Positions 8,355-18,806 of a DNA stretch of 64,000 bases are shown piece by piece. The translations under genes and the position numbers were made by a program. The notes under the pieces were generated by a model. It searched no databases. It was not told the origin of the DNA and was given only the letters and a program-made list of their open reading frames with translations. Each line of letters starts with the position of its first letter. Position 1 is the stretch's first letter. The DNA lies in IMG/VR virus record IMGVR_UViG_3300047476_002078, positions 248,001 to 312,000 of that record. The stretch is one strand, 5' to 3'.

Positions 8355-10217
8355 ATGTTGATTAAAACTCCAGAAGAATATGTAGAACTTTTAAGACGCT
8401 ATTCTCATCAATATTACAATTTAGGTGAGCCTGAAGTAACTGATTCAGAATTTGATGAGCTAAAAGATGAATTTAAAAGTTTATACCCCGATCACGCTTA
8501 TTTTAAAGAAGTTGGGATTGTTCCTTCTGACCCAAATTTTAAAAAAGCGAATCATGAAATACCGATGGGTTCCCTCGATAAAGCCTTAAATGAACAAGAA
8601 ATGAGAGAATGGGCTGTAAAATCCACCTCTGATTTAACTTTTTGCGTTTCTGAAAAAATAGACGGCTTGAGCGTTAGTGTTACATATTGGAACGGTCATT
8701 TGAGACAAGCTATAACTAGAGGGGATGGGGTTGTTGGAGATGATATAACAAGAAATGTCTCAAACATGAAAATTCCCAAAAAGCTCCCACTAAATTTAAC
8801 CCTAACTCTTAGAGGGGAAATATTTTTAAGGAAATCAATTTTTTCTCAAAAGCATAGCTCAACTAAAGCAAACCCTAGAAACGCCGCAGTAGGTCTAACT
8901 AAAAGACTAGATGGGGTCGGAACAGAAGACTTGGATATATTTTTTTATGACATTATAAGTAATGTTACTTTTAAAGAAGAGATTCAAAAATTTGAATATA
9001 TAAAAAATACTCTGAATTTAAACACCCCTTTTTATAAAAAAGTTTCTTTAGAAGAATTGATAAAAATTCATGAAGATTATGAAAGTTTAAAAAGGCAGGA
9101 ACTCGACTACGAAATTGACGGTTTAGTTGTCAAAGTTAATTCTTTATCAAAGCAAGAAATTTTAGGAGAATTAAATTTAATACCTAAATTTGCAGTTGCT
9201 TATAAATTTGAATCACAAAAAGCAAATACTGTTCTTGAGGATGTTATTTGGCAAGTAGGGCGAACAGGTTATGTTACTCCTTTAGCTCAGGTTAAACCTA
9301 TAGAAGTTGGAGGAGTTACTATTAGCAATGTCACTCTTCACAATATTGCTGAAATGGGAAGATTGGGAGTTAAAAAAGGTCAATTAATAGAGGTTAAAAG
9401 AAGCGGTGACGTTATTCCTAAAATAACAAAAGTTGTTTCTGAAAAAGGTCAAGAAATAAAAATACCTACAAACTGCCCTGAATGTGAAAGCGTTTTAGAT
9501 AATAACGGTATCCAATTACGTTGCTTAAATAATGACTGTCCTGCCAAAATGACAAAAGGTTTACTTCACTGGTTAGAAACATTAGATATTTTAAATTTTG
9601 GTGAAAGGTTAGTTGAGCAACTGGAAGAAAGAGGATTTATTAAAGAGCCTTCAGACTTTTATAAATTAAGACCAGAGCACATAGCGAGTATCGAAGGAAG
9701 AGGTCAAGTAATAGCACAGAAAGTTTTAGATGAATTACATTCAAAGAAAAAAATTACTCTAGGAACTTTTTTATCTGCTTTATCAATACCTAATTTATCA
9801 ATTAAGACAGGTAAACTTTTAGCTTCCGAATTTGGAAATCTGGAAGCCGTTCAACTTGCTTCTGAAGAACAGCTTGAAAAAATCCAAGGTATCGCAAAAA
9901 AGTTAGCAAAAATTATCGTTCAGGGGTTGAAAGAGAAAGAAAAGGTTATAAAAAACTTAATGCAGCATGTTGAGATTGTTGAAAGTGAGTTTGTTTCTAC
10001 CAAACTTGGTGGAAAAACTTTTTGCTTTACAGGTTTCAGAGATAAATCCCTAGAACAGAAAATTGAAACAAACGGTGGAAAAGTTGTATCTGGTGTTACA
10101 AGTAAATTGAATTACTTGGTTTCAGTCGGGGCACAGAGTACAAAAACTTCAAAAGCTAAAGAGCTTGGAGTTTCTGTAATATCTCCAGATGATTTAAAAA
10201 ACTTGCTAGACTTCTAA
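8355..10217 (+). CDS. ligA: NAD-dependent DNA ligase
   Basis: EKIDG adenylation motif, TRGDG..GDDIT, NPRNAA, QVGRTG, CPEC Zn finger, C-terminal BRCT. Confidence 0.95.
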   Translation: MLIKTPEEYVELLRRYSHQYYNLGEPEVTDSEFDELKDEFKSLYPDHAYFKEVGIVPSDPNFKKANHEIPMGSLDKALNEQEMREWAVKSTSDLTFCVSEKIDGLSVSVTYWNGHLRQAITRGDGVVGDDITRNVSNMKIPKKLPLNLTLTLRGEIFLRKSIFSQKHSSTKANPRNAAVGLTKRLDGVGTEDLDIFFYDIISNVTFKEEIQKFEYIKNTLNLNTPFYKKVSLEELIKIHEDYESLKRQELDYEIDGLVVKVNSLSKQEILGELNLIPKFAVAYKFESQKANTVLEDVIWQVGRTGYVTPLAQVKPIEVGGVTISNVTLHNIAEMGRLGVKKGQLIEVKRSGDVIPKITKVVSEKGQEIKIPTNCPECESVLDNNGIQLRCLNNDCPAKMTKGLLHWLETLDILNFGERLVEQLEERGFIKEPSDFYKLRPEHIASIEGRGQVIAQKVLDELHSKKKITLGTFLSALSIPNLSIKTGKLLASEFGNLEAVQLASEEQLEKIQGIAKKLAKIIVQGLKEKEKVIKNLMQHVEIVESEFVSTKLGGKTFCFTGFRDKSLEQKIETNGGKVVSGVTSKLNYLVSVGAQSTKTSKAKELGVSVISPDDLKNLLDF

Positions 10218-10219
10218 CC

Positions 10220-10256
10220 TTGATAGTTTACCGTAAATAAGTTAAATTACGGTATG
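10220..10256 (+). promoter_or_regulatory. sigma70 promoter of recD2 with two operator-like boxes
   Basis: TTGATA-17-TAAATT; perfect TTTACCGTAAA at 10227-10237; ATTACGGTATG at 10246-10256 overlaps the start codon. Confidence 0.65.
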
Positions 10257-11930
10257 AACAAATTAGAACAATTAATTGAATTATTAAAAAAGTCGCCATT
10301 TAAGCATTTAGTGGCGACTTTTGAAACAAACCCTCCAGATGATGATTTTTATCAAAATATTTATATTCGATTTCCTTTAAGGAATCTCACATGGGAACAA
10401 ACTGACTTCATTGGAAAAGTTTTTTGTCCTAATCATAGGGTTCACGGCATAATTCTTTATTATCTTCACAGCATGGTTTGTACTTTTGGGGATACTCTAG
10501 CCAGAGTAAACACTATGTATGACAACTATAAAAAAAGAGTCGAAAGACAGCCCAAACTGTTTGTTCCATGCTCCAAGGATGAATGGTATAAAGCTTTAGA
10601 TGAATTAGAACAGCTAAAGATGGTTGTAATAGCTGAAGAAAAGCTAAGAGATAATTCTACCGTAAAATATGCTTGGCATTATACAAATTATTACAGTGAA
10701 GAAATCATTGCTCACACGTTTTCAGAGCTTTCTAAAACAAGGCTACCTGAATTGATAGACCCAAGCGGTTTTAAAGGCGAACTGACAGAAAAACAATATG
10801 CTGTTTTGGAAAGCATAAAAAGCAATCGTGTTACCATTATGGACGGATTGCCCGGAACAGGAAAAACTTTTACATGTGAAAAAATTGTTAAGTATTTAGA
10901 AGCCTGTGGTATTCCTATCTGGTTATTAGCACCAACAGGTCGAGCAGCAAAAAATTTAGCAGATAGGTGTAAAAGACCTGCAAGAACAATACACAGTTTT
11001 GTTCTTAAAAGAACTGAGATACACGGTGATGTGGCTTTTTTAATTGACGAATTTTCGATGGTAGATACAAAAATATTTTCTCGTTTTCTGGAGAAAATTT
11101 TTGTAACAAGCAACCCTATTTTAATTTTAGTGGGTGACGAAGGGCAATTACCTTCCATAGGAGCAGGTCAAGTTTTTAAAGAGCTTATAGAACTACATAA
11201 AAAATGGAACATAGCTTATCACAAGCTGGAAGAAATAATACGTCAGCAATCTGATTCTGAAATTATTCAAAATGCTCACAATATTAGAAAAGGTGACACT
11301 AAATTGGTGGATAAAAATCAATTTAGGTTCGTTCAGATGGATGAAAATGAAGCATCTGAAAATATTATTAAAGCTGCAAAAAAGCTAAAAGAATCTAATA
11401 AAGATTTCATAGTTCTTTCTCCAACACATAAAGGCGTATGTGGTGTTAGCTATCTTAATGAGCAATTACGGGAAATTTTTAATCCTCCAGAAATAGGAAA
11501 GATGGAAACAGAAGATGGTTGGAGAGTAGGAGATAGAATTCTTATCAATCAAAATTTTTATGATTTAGGTTTAGTAAACGGAGATATTGGTAACATAAAA
11601 GCCATTCACGGTGAAAAAGAAATGACTATTACAATTGCCGAACAAGACTTTAGAATAGGCAAAGATGTAATTTACACTTTGAAACATGCTTACGTGACTA
11701 CAATCCATAAAGCTCAAGGCGGCGAATTTGATGTAGTAATAATGCCTTTTGTTAAAGCTTTTAGCATACAATTACAAAGAAAATTACTCTATACCGCTGT
11801 CACAAGAGCAAAAAAACAAGTCGTTATATTTGGTCACAGAGAAGCACTTGTAAAAGCTATAGAATCAAATAAAGAAGATACACGCCACACAGGACTAAAA
11901 ATTTTAGCGAGGGTAAATGAAAACAGATAG
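10254..11930 (+). CDS. recD2: RecD2-like SF1B helicase
   Basis: GLPGTGKT, LAPTGRAA, IDEFSM, VGDEGQLPSIG, TIHKAQGGEF, LLYTAVTRAK. Confidence 0.9.
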   Translation: MNKLEQLIELLKKSPFKHLVATFETNPPDDDFYQNIYIRFPLRNLTWEQTDFIGKVFCPNHRVHGIILYYLHSMVCTFGDTLARVNTMYDNYKKRVERQPKLFVPCSKDEWYKALDELEQLKMVVIAEEKLRDNSTVKYAWHYTNYYSEEIIAHTFSELSKTRLPELIDPSGFKGELTEKQYAVLESIKSNRVTIMDGLPGTGKTFTCEKIVKYLEACGIPIWLLAPTGRAAKNLADRCKRPARTIHSFVLKRTEIHGDVAFLIDEFSMVDTKIFSRFLEKIFVTSNPILILVGDEGQLPSIGAGQVFKELIELHKKWNIAYHKLEEIIRQQSDSEIIQNAHNIRKGDTKLVDKNQFRFVQMDENEASENIIKAAKKLKESNKDFIVLSPTHKGVCGVSYLNEQLREIFNPPEIGKMETEDGWRVGDRILINQNFYDLGLVNGDIGNIKAIHGEKEMTITIAEQDFRIGKDVIYTLKHAYVTTIHKAQGGEFDVVIMPFVKAFSIQLQRKLLYTAVTRAKKQVVIFGHREALVKAIESNKEDTRHTGLKILARVNENR

Positions 11931-12471
11931 AATCGGAGCTTTACTTACAGAAGTTAATTCAATGCTAGATGTAATACGAAATAAAGTAACGCAAGATGTT
12001 AGACATGTTACTTCAGAATACGTTTGTGAAATATTAGGCATTGTGGATGACCATGGGCAAAGAATTGAAGAAATGTTGATTGAGGTAGAACAAGATGTAA
12101 TGCGTTTAGAAAGATTAATTACAAACAAGAAAGATTTTTATGAGACTAGGTTAGAAGAAGTTAAAGTAGAAGACCCTGAAGTGGCTTCGATGGGAACAGG
12201 AGCGGAACGTCTTAATAGGGCTAAATATAAGTTACGTGATTTGTCGAAAGAGATCAAAGACCTTGAACAAGAGTTACGTGAAACAGAAAGACTTGGAAAA
12301 ATCCTAATTCAAAGAAATAAAGGGCTAGATAGAACCAGATCGTCAGTAAATAGACAAAATGAAGCTACTATTCAATCCGCTAAATATTTAAACCTTAATT
12401 ACAGAGCAACTTCTGAAGCTTTTGTTGATGAAGGGATAGAAGAATTGAAGGAAAATTCTGATTTTGAATAA
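11917..12471 (+). CDS. Coiled-coil hypothetical protein (possible recombination mediator)
   Basis: All-helical with heptad character; context only. Confidence 0.5.
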   Translation: MKTDRIGALLTEVNSMLDVIRNKVTQDVRHVTSEYVCEILGIVDDHGQRIEEMLIEVEQDVMRLERLITNKKDFYETRLEEVKVEDPEVASMGTGAERLNRAKYKLRDLSKEIKDLEQELRETERLGKILIQRNKGLDRTRSSVNRQNEATIQSAKYLNLNYRATSEAFVDEGIEELKENSDFE

Positions 12472-12539
12472 ACATCTAAATTATAAATAATAACTATAAT
12501 AAAAATAGTTATAAAAATTTTCTCTCAAGGAAAGAGAGT

Positions 12540-12986
12540 ATGTCTGATAAAAAAAGCGTTAAAGAAAGAAAGTTACAACGCAGAGAAATAGAGAAAAATT
12601 TAAAGCAATACCGTAAATCAGAAATAGTTGATATGCTTTGTGGGGTATTAGACTTACCCAGAGATAAAATACTAGATGTATGTAATGCTTTAACCGATCT
12701 TTTAATTGAATTATCTTTCACAGAGGCTATTGTGCATTTTCCTAAATTTGGGAAATTTGTATTTGAGCCTTTATCAAAAAGAAAAATTTGGAATCCTAAA
12801 GAAAAAAAGTCGTTAGTTTACCAAAATCCCAAAATGACTTTTAAGCCTTCACACAAATTACGGAGCATGTTACGGAAACAATATCGTCGTAATAGTTATC
12901 AACTTGCAGAATTGAATAAAATTTCTGATACTAAACATAAACAGCCAACAAGCTGGTCAAAAATAACTGAGGAAAAAGAGGGATGA
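12540..12986 (+). CDS. HU/IHF-like DNA-binding protein with terminal extensions
   Basis: VHFPKFGKF.....KRKIWNP......KMTFKPSHKLR matches the HU arm signature. Confidence 0.75.
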   Translation: MSDKKSVKERKLQRREIEKNLKQYRKSEIVDMLCGVLDLPRDKILDVCNALTDLLIELSFTEAIVHFPKFGKFVFEPLSKRKIWNPKEKKSLVYQNPKMTFKPSHKLRSMLRKQYRRNSYQLAELNKISDTKHKQPTSWSKITEEKEG

Positions 12987-15355
12987 GCGTGAACAAGCAG
13001 GATATTATTTTAGCAGATGAACTCCCACTTATGCCTGTAAGAGATATGGTTATGTTTCCTAACATGATTGTACCTTTTTTTGTAGGCAGAGAAGAGTCTC
13101 TTAAAGCAATTGATTATGCGGCTAGAAATACTCAAAATTTGATGATTTTAGCTAGTCAAAAAGATGTTAATTTAGACAAACCTTCTAAAAATGATATTTA
13201 CCCCATAGCTGTTGCAGCTTTAATTATCAAAACAAAACAAGTCCCAGATGGAAGAATTAAGATATTAACTCAAGGGCTACATAAAGTTCGTATTTTAGAG
13301 TGGAAAGCGGAAGCTCCTTACGTAGTAAAATATGAAATCGTTGATGATTTTATAAGCGAATTAAAGACAGAACATAAAGCTCTCATGGGTTTAGTAAAAG
13401 ATAACCTTGAGCAATTAGTTACTATTGGTAAATTCGCTTATCCTGAAATAGTACAAATTTTAGAAGAACAAGAAGACCCCGGAAAATTAGCGGATTTAAT
13501 TTCTGCAAACTTGTCTCTAAAATTGACAGAAAGTTATTCTATTTTATCAGAACTTGACCCTATCAAAAGACTCGAAAAGGTTAATAAAACTTTAGTTCAA
13601 GAAATTGAAATATACAGATTACAACAAAAAATAAAAACCAATACTAAAGAAGAAGTTACTAAATCACAAAGAGAATACTTTCTTCGAGAACAGCTTCAAT
13701 CTATTCGTAAAGAGCTAGGTGAAAACGAAGATAAAGAAGGTTACAGTAAAAAAATTAAAGATGCTAAAATGCCAGAAGAGGCTCAAAAAGAAGCATTAAA
13801 ACAAGCAAAAAGATTAGACAGTCTCAGCCCAGAGTCTAGCGAAGCTTCAATAATTAAACACTATCTTGATTGGATGGTAGAGCTTCCTTGGGCAGTATCT
13901 ACTCAAGACAACTTAGACATTAAAAATGCTCGAAAAGTTCTTGATGAAGATCATTTTGGTCTTGATGATGTTAAAGAAAGGATTCTGGAATTCTTATCAA
14001 TCAAAAAATTGAACCCTGATAGTAAAGGCTCAATTCTGTGCCTTGTCGGTCCTCCGGGCGTAGGTAAAACAAGTATCTGTAGAAGTGTTGCCAAAAGTAT
14101 GAACAGAAAATATATCCGTTCATCTCTTGGTGGAGTAAGGGATGAGGCTGAGATCAGAGGGCACAGAAGAACTTATATAGGTTCCATGCCCGGAAAAGTC
14201 ATTCAAGGAATTAAACAAGCTGGTTCAAATAACCCTGTTTTTGTTTTGGATGAAATTGATAAATTGGGAAGAGATTTTAGAGGCGACCCTTCTTCCGCTT
14301 TACTGGAAGTTTTAGACCCAGAACAAAATAAAGATTTCAAAGACCACTATATCAATGTTGCTTTTGATGTCAGTAAAGCTTTTTTTATTGCTACAGCTAA
14401 CAGCCTAGATACAATTCCGGGTCCTTTATTAGACCGTATGGAAGTTATTAATGTAAGTGGCTATACTGAATCAGAAAAAGCTGAAATTTGTCGTAAATAC
14501 CTTCTTCCGAAGCATCAATTAGAGAGCGGATTAGGTGACATGAAATTAGAATTTGACCCTTTTGCTATCCGCAAGATGATTCAGGGCTACACTCGTGAAA
14601 ACGGTCTTAGAAATCTTGAGCGTCTTGTAAATAGAGTTTTCCGTAAAATTGCTCTACTTGTAACAGAAGACAAGATTAAAGTTTCAGAAAAATTGAATAT
14701 TACGGAAGATTCAATTACAAAATATCTGGGAGCACCAAAATACCTAACAGATGAGATGAGAAATTCTGACTTAGTAGGTGTTTGCACAGGTCTTGCTTAT
14801 ACTTCTGTTGGAGGAGTCACTTTAGAACTGGAAGCTATCCTTGTGCCTGAAAAAGACTTTAATTTAAAAGTTTCGGGTAATTTAGCTCAAGTTATGAAGG
14901 AATCTTCTGACATTTCATTCTCCGTTGTAAAATCTCGTGCAGATAAATTCGGTATTAAACTAGAAGATTTCAAAAACACTGGAATACATTTACATGCTTT
15001 AAATGGAGCCGTGCCAAAAGATGGTCCATCCGCAGGTATTACTATGGCAACGGTATTAACAAGTTTATTGTCAAGTAAGCCTGTTAGAAAAGACGTGTCT
15101 ATGACAGGAGAATTAACTCTTACTGGAAGAGTGCTGGCTATCGGTGGAGTTAAAGAAAAGCTAATAGCGGCTGCACGTCATGGGTGTAAGACTGTAATTA
15201 TACCTAAAGATAATGAAAAAGATTTGGAAGAAGTACCAGAAGAAATTAAAAAACTTATCCAGATCGTACCTGTAACAACTATTGAAGAAGTTATAGACAT
15301 TGCTTTAGTTAAAGAAGCTAAATCTTCTAAAAAGAAAAAAGAGAAAATTGCATGA
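12983..15355 (+). CDS. lon: ATP-dependent Lon protease (LonA)
   Basis: LPLMPVRD N-domain, GPPGVGKT, RGHRRTYIGSMPG, LDEIDK, PKDGPSAG (Ser), GGVKEK (Lys). Confidence 0.97.
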   Translation: MSVNKQDIILADELPLMPVRDMVMFPNMIVPFFVGREESLKAIDYAARNTQNLMILASQKDVNLDKPSKNDIYPIAVAALIIKTKQVPDGRIKILTQGLHKVRILEWKAEAPYVVKYEIVDDFISELKTEHKALMGLVKDNLEQLVTIGKFAYPEIVQILEEQEDPGKLADLISANLSLKLTESYSILSELDPIKRLEKVNKTLVQEIEIYRLQQKIKTNTKEEVTKSQREYFLREQLQSIRKELGENEDKEGYSKKIKDAKMPEEAQKEALKQAKRLDSLSPESSEASIIKHYLDWMVELPWAVSTQDNLDIKNARKVLDEDHFGLDDVKERILEFLSIKKLNPDSKGSILCLVGPPGVGKTSICRSVAKSMNRKYIRSSLGGVRDEAEIRGHRRTYIGSMPGKVIQGIKQAGSNNPVFVLDEIDKLGRDFRGDPSSALLEVLDPEQNKDFKDHYINVAFDVSKAFFIATANSLDTIPGPLLDRMEVINVSGYTESEKAEICRKYLLPKHQLESGLGDMKLEFDPFAIRKMIQGYTRENGLRNLERLVNRVFRKIALLVTEDKIKVSEKLNITEDSITKYLGAPKYLTDEMRNSDLVGVCTGLAYTSVGGVTLELEAILVPEKDFNLKVSGNLAQVMKESSDISFSVVKSRADKFGIKLEDFKNTGIHLHALNGAVPKDGPSAGITMATVLTSLLSSKPVRKDVSMTGELTLTGRVLAIGGVKEKLIAAARHGCKTVIIPKDNEKDLEEVPEEIKKLIQIVPVTTIEEVIDIALVKEAKSSKKKKEKIA

Positions 15356-16260
15356 GTATGAATATCGTAAAAGAAAAAATCAGTGATGAAGATGCAGTTG
15401 TTATTAAGAAATTAAATAAACCTGTTAAAACTACAATCATTGATAAATCTTTACGTATAGATGAAGATGAAGATATTTCGTCATTAAATACGAAAACTTC
15501 ATCTTCAAGCTCATCTCGACCTGTCAGTTCAAGAGAAGAAAAAGCACCTCCAAAAAAGAAGTTACTTGGTAATGCTGGACCTAATCCAGACGGGACTATT
15601 GATTGGGACAAAAATCCGGACTGTGTGGATTTTATAATTCAGTATCACGAATCAAGCGGTAATTCTAATGACGAGGAAGGTTATTTAAAAACTGGAAATA
15701 AGTGTTTTAGGCAATTTAACAAGATGTTTTCCACTAAAGCTAAAGCAGTTAATGTTAATCCTGAAGATATACAAAAAGGTCTAGTGGATTTTTATGAATC
15801 TGAATCCGACTTTAAATATACAAAAAAAGATGTTGTAGAAGAATATGAAGATGAAAGAACTGAGGGTTTAACAACACAAGAAATTATTGAAAAAGAAATA
15901 CCTAATACTAAATCCCCAAAAGTTCAAAATGAAGAATACTATCCAATAAATAGAAAAACTATATCAATTGTTGAAGATAAAAAAGTTTTGTTAAAAGGAA
16001 ATAAATTAGAAATTTGCAAAATTTTAGGTTGTAAAAATATCTGTATAGTAGCAAGAAATGAAGGTAAAATAGAAGAAAATGGATTCTTCCATGCAGCTTG
16101 TTCTAATAGTGAAAATGGGCAGATTTTAGAAGGTTGCCCACAACTTCAAGAGTTTTCAGGTAAAGAAAAAATAGCCTTTGAAATGTTTAAACAACAATTC
16201 CAAGGAGACGAATTAAAAGCTAAAAAATTTCTGTTGCTGACGAGAACTTTGTACAAGTAA
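15352..16260 (+). CDS. Hypothetical protein with low-complexity N-terminus and Cys-rich C-terminus
   Basis: ATGA-coupled to lon; CKILGCKNIC...HAAC...GCPQ. Confidence 0.65.
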   Translation: MSMNIVKEKISDEDAVVIKKLNKPVKTTIIDKSLRIDEDEDISSLNTKTSSSSSSRPVSSREEKAPPKKKLLGNAGPNPDGTIDWDKNPDCVDFIIQYHESSGNSNDEEGYLKTGNKCFRQFNKMFSTKAKAVNVNPEDIQKGLVDFYESESDFKYTKKDVVEEYEDERTEGLTTQEIIEKEIPNTKSPKVQNEEYYPINRKTISIVEDKKVLLKGNKLEICKILGCKNICIVARNEGKIEENGFFHAACSNSENGQILEGCPQLQEFSGKEKIAFEMFKQQFQGDELKAKKFLLLTRTLYK

Positions 16261-16272
16261 TGGAATATAAAA

Positions 16273-17262
16273 ATGATTGTTAATTGGGGAATCCCGTTAT
16301 TCAAATCAGTATTAATAAATTTTGATTTTTCGTTCAATTCATTTAATTGTGATGGTAAGTTAGTAAAATATAACGGTAATTTAAGTTCTCTCAACGGAAA
16401 TATTTTTGTATCTAAAGAAGATTTTTCCAGAATAGTGATTGATTTTTACAAGAGTTTATATCCTATTGCTTCAAACGATAAAATAAAAGATTTGTACTTA
16501 CTAATTTCTGATTTCATATCACTTGCTTTCCCAATACAGGGAGACATTCAAATTGATAAAAATTTAGTTTTAAATTTTTGGAACTCTCGATTATCAGAAT
16601 CCGAAATAGAAAATATTATTCATAATTCAAAACCTCAATTTATTGATAAAGATAACCTACCATTTGAACATTATTTTGCAGACTACTTAGGAAAAAAAGA
16701 AAAATCTTTGCACTTTGATAAACTATTATCAAAATCTCAGGACTTGGGAACAAGTTTCATGCTTTTCATGCTTACTGTTTGCTTCCGTACAATTTTGGGT
16801 GGAGTATATACCGCACCTTTTATAAATGATAATAATCTGTCTCGTTTTTTCCCCCGATATAAAGGTATGCCAAACAAAGAGTTAATAAAAAATTTAAGTT
16901 TTATTCATGATGAAAAAATACCGTTTATTTATACCAACTATTTAGATAGCAGTAAAATTGTTGAATACATATTTGATAAATACGACCACTCCTTAATAAA
17001 AGAAATGTGGGTAAATATATTGTATGAAAGAATTCCAGAAGTAGTTTCCCCTTACGAGCCAAAACAATTTTTGGGGGATTTGTTTGATAATTTAAAAGAT
17101 ATTGTTATTACAAAAAATTGGGAAAAATTTATTGATGATAAAACTTTAGGTCTTGAATGGGTTGTTTGTTTTAATAATTCTCCAGAGCTTTCAGTAAGAT
17201 ACAAGAGATCATTTGTTAAATATTTTTCAAACCAAGATGACTATTCGGTTTTTGTATTATGA
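16273..17262 (+). CDS. Uncharacterised paralog family member A
   Basis: FVSKEDF..IV..FYKSLYP and LPFEHYFADY, shared with 17259 and 31332. Confidence 0.75.
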   Translation: MIVNWGIPLFKSVLINFDFSFNSFNCDGKLVKYNGNLSSLNGNIFVSKEDFSRIVIDFYKSLYPIASNDKIKDLYLLISDFISLAFPIQGDIQIDKNLVLNFWNSRLSESEIENIIHNSKPQFIDKDNLPFEHYFADYLGKKEKSLHFDKLLSKSQDLGTSFMLFMLTVCFRTILGGVYTAPFINDNNLSRFFPRYKGMPNKELIKNLSFIHDEKIPFIYTNYLDSSKIVEYIFDKYDHSLIKEMWVNILYERIPEVVSPYEPKQFLGDLFDNLKDIVITKNWEKFIDDKTLGLEWVVCFNNSPELSVRYKRSFVKYFSNQDDYSVFVL

Positions 17263-18176
17263 ATTTGACAGAAAAAACAAAATTAAACATTTCTTTAAAT
17301 AAAATAACTCTTTTTTGTGTTGATGAAAAATACATAACAAATGAAGGGGAAGTGTTTTCATTTGATGAGTTTATAAGATCAGAAAAGGAATATTTCGTCT
17401 CACCTGAAGATTTCAGTATTATAATTTCAAAGTATTTAATATCCTTGTATCCTGACAAAAGTGTTGAAACTATTTTTGAGAAAATTTGTGATTATATCAA
17501 AATAAACGGTTCTATATTTAATAGAGACTTTCTTAGCATTGATTTTAAATTCAAATATTATAATCCTGAAAAAATAGAAAATTTTGAACCTTCTTTTGAA
17601 TTTTTGTATGGTGATTACTTGGCAGGAAATATAAACAGTAAATTTATAGAAAAATGTAGAAAGCTTTGTTATGACCATTTTTTATATATGACTATAGGTT
17701 CTTTCAACGCCATATTTACATCTTCTTTTGGATTAAGAGATTCCGTTCCTGACGCTTTAGAAAATTTATTTGATTTTGAAAATTCAAAATCTGTTTTGGA
17801 TTTATTAAAAAAACCATATTTTGACATTCTTTGGGATATTAAAGTGCCTATTGAATTCGATGGTAAAGATTCTGAAACAACCTCTGAATATTTGTTAAAA
17901 AATTTAGGTAAAGAAAAAATAAAAGAATTTTGGAATATATTACTATCCAAAAGAATCCCTGCTTATTTATACAGAAATTATGATAAAGACTTCACTAATA
18001 AAATGTTTAAAGAGAGATTGGATGCTATAGAAAGTCAAAATTTTGAACCTTTTATAAATAGCGAAACTGGTTTAATTTTTAGCGTTTTATATTCAAATGT
18101 TCCTTATTTCAGGAATTCTTATAACAGAGGTCTTATAACTTTCTTTAAGGAATCTGATTCAATTTGGCGGCTTTAG
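17259..18176 (+). CDS. Uncharacterised paralog family member B
   Basis: FVSPEDF..II..YLISLYP and PSFEFLYGDY. Confidence 0.75.
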   Translation: MNLTEKTKLNISLNKITLFCVDEKYITNEGEVFSFDEFIRSEKEYFVSPEDFSIIISKYLISLYPDKSVETIFEKICDYIKINGSIFNRDFLSIDFKFKYYNPEKIENFEPSFEFLYGDYLAGNINSKFIEKCRKLCYDHFLYMTIGSFNAIFTSSFGLRDSVPDALENLFDFENSKSVLDLLKKPYFDILWDIKVPIEFDGKDSETTSEYLLKNLGKEKIKEFWNILLSKRIPAYLYRNYDKDFTNKMFKERLDAIESQNFEPFINSETGLIFSVLYSNVPYFRNSYNRGLITFFKESDSIWRL

Positions 18177-18804
18177 TAGAAAACATTACGTGAGGCTTAT
18201 TCTTACTATGTAAGCTAGGGTCAACATACCCAAAGTGACACATTACTGTATATCTTTCTTTGTCACAAACCAATGGATTAACTTTGTGTTTAAATATGGG
18301 ATTAAGATTATTAACACAAACCAAAGTACCGTGTTGAGGCAGTATAGTATTAAGTGTAAATATTTTTTCAGAAGATTCTATTCCAACGCTCAAATATCCG
18401 CCGTCAGTTATAGTATATGTATCCTGTGTTAGATAAAGCATAGTTGTCATAAAAGAACCGTCAAGATAATCAGAGTGCCATGCCATACCTTCTCCATTTT
18501 TAAATTTATTGGACATTGGAAGACCTTGACTAAAATCTCCAAAATTTTTTATGAAAAAAGAAAAATACTCACTGGAGGATAAATAATTCCAGTAATAATG
18601 AAACAAAGAAGGTTGGGTATCTTTTTCCCAATGTAAAACCAAAGGGTCTTTCCAACCGTACTTTTCTTGATTAGCTTTTACAAAATTTTCTCCTCTAATT
18701 ATTTGTAGCAGGTCATCACAAAAATTTTTATCGACGGAAGAAATCACGTAACCATCTTTAAAAAATTGATTCAAATCAAAATGCGTATTATTAACTATTT
18801 CCAT
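18145..18804 (-). CDS. 2OG-Fe(II) oxygenase (prolyl-hydroxylase-like)
   Basis: WHSD...GGYL...HKV...RYT (HxD...H...R). Confidence 0.85.
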   Translation of the reverse strand: MEIVNNTHFDLNQFFKDGYVISSVDKNFCDDLLQIIRGENFVKANQEKYGWKDPLVLHWEKDTQPSLFHYYWNYLSSSEYFSFFIKNFGDFSQGLPMSNKFKNGEGMAWHSDYLDGSFMTTMLYLTQDTYTITDGGYLSVGIESSEKIFTLNTILPQHGTLVCVNNLNPIFKHKVNPLVCDKERYTVMCHFGYVDPSLHSKNKPHVMFSTKAAKLNQIP

Positions 18805-18806
18805 AA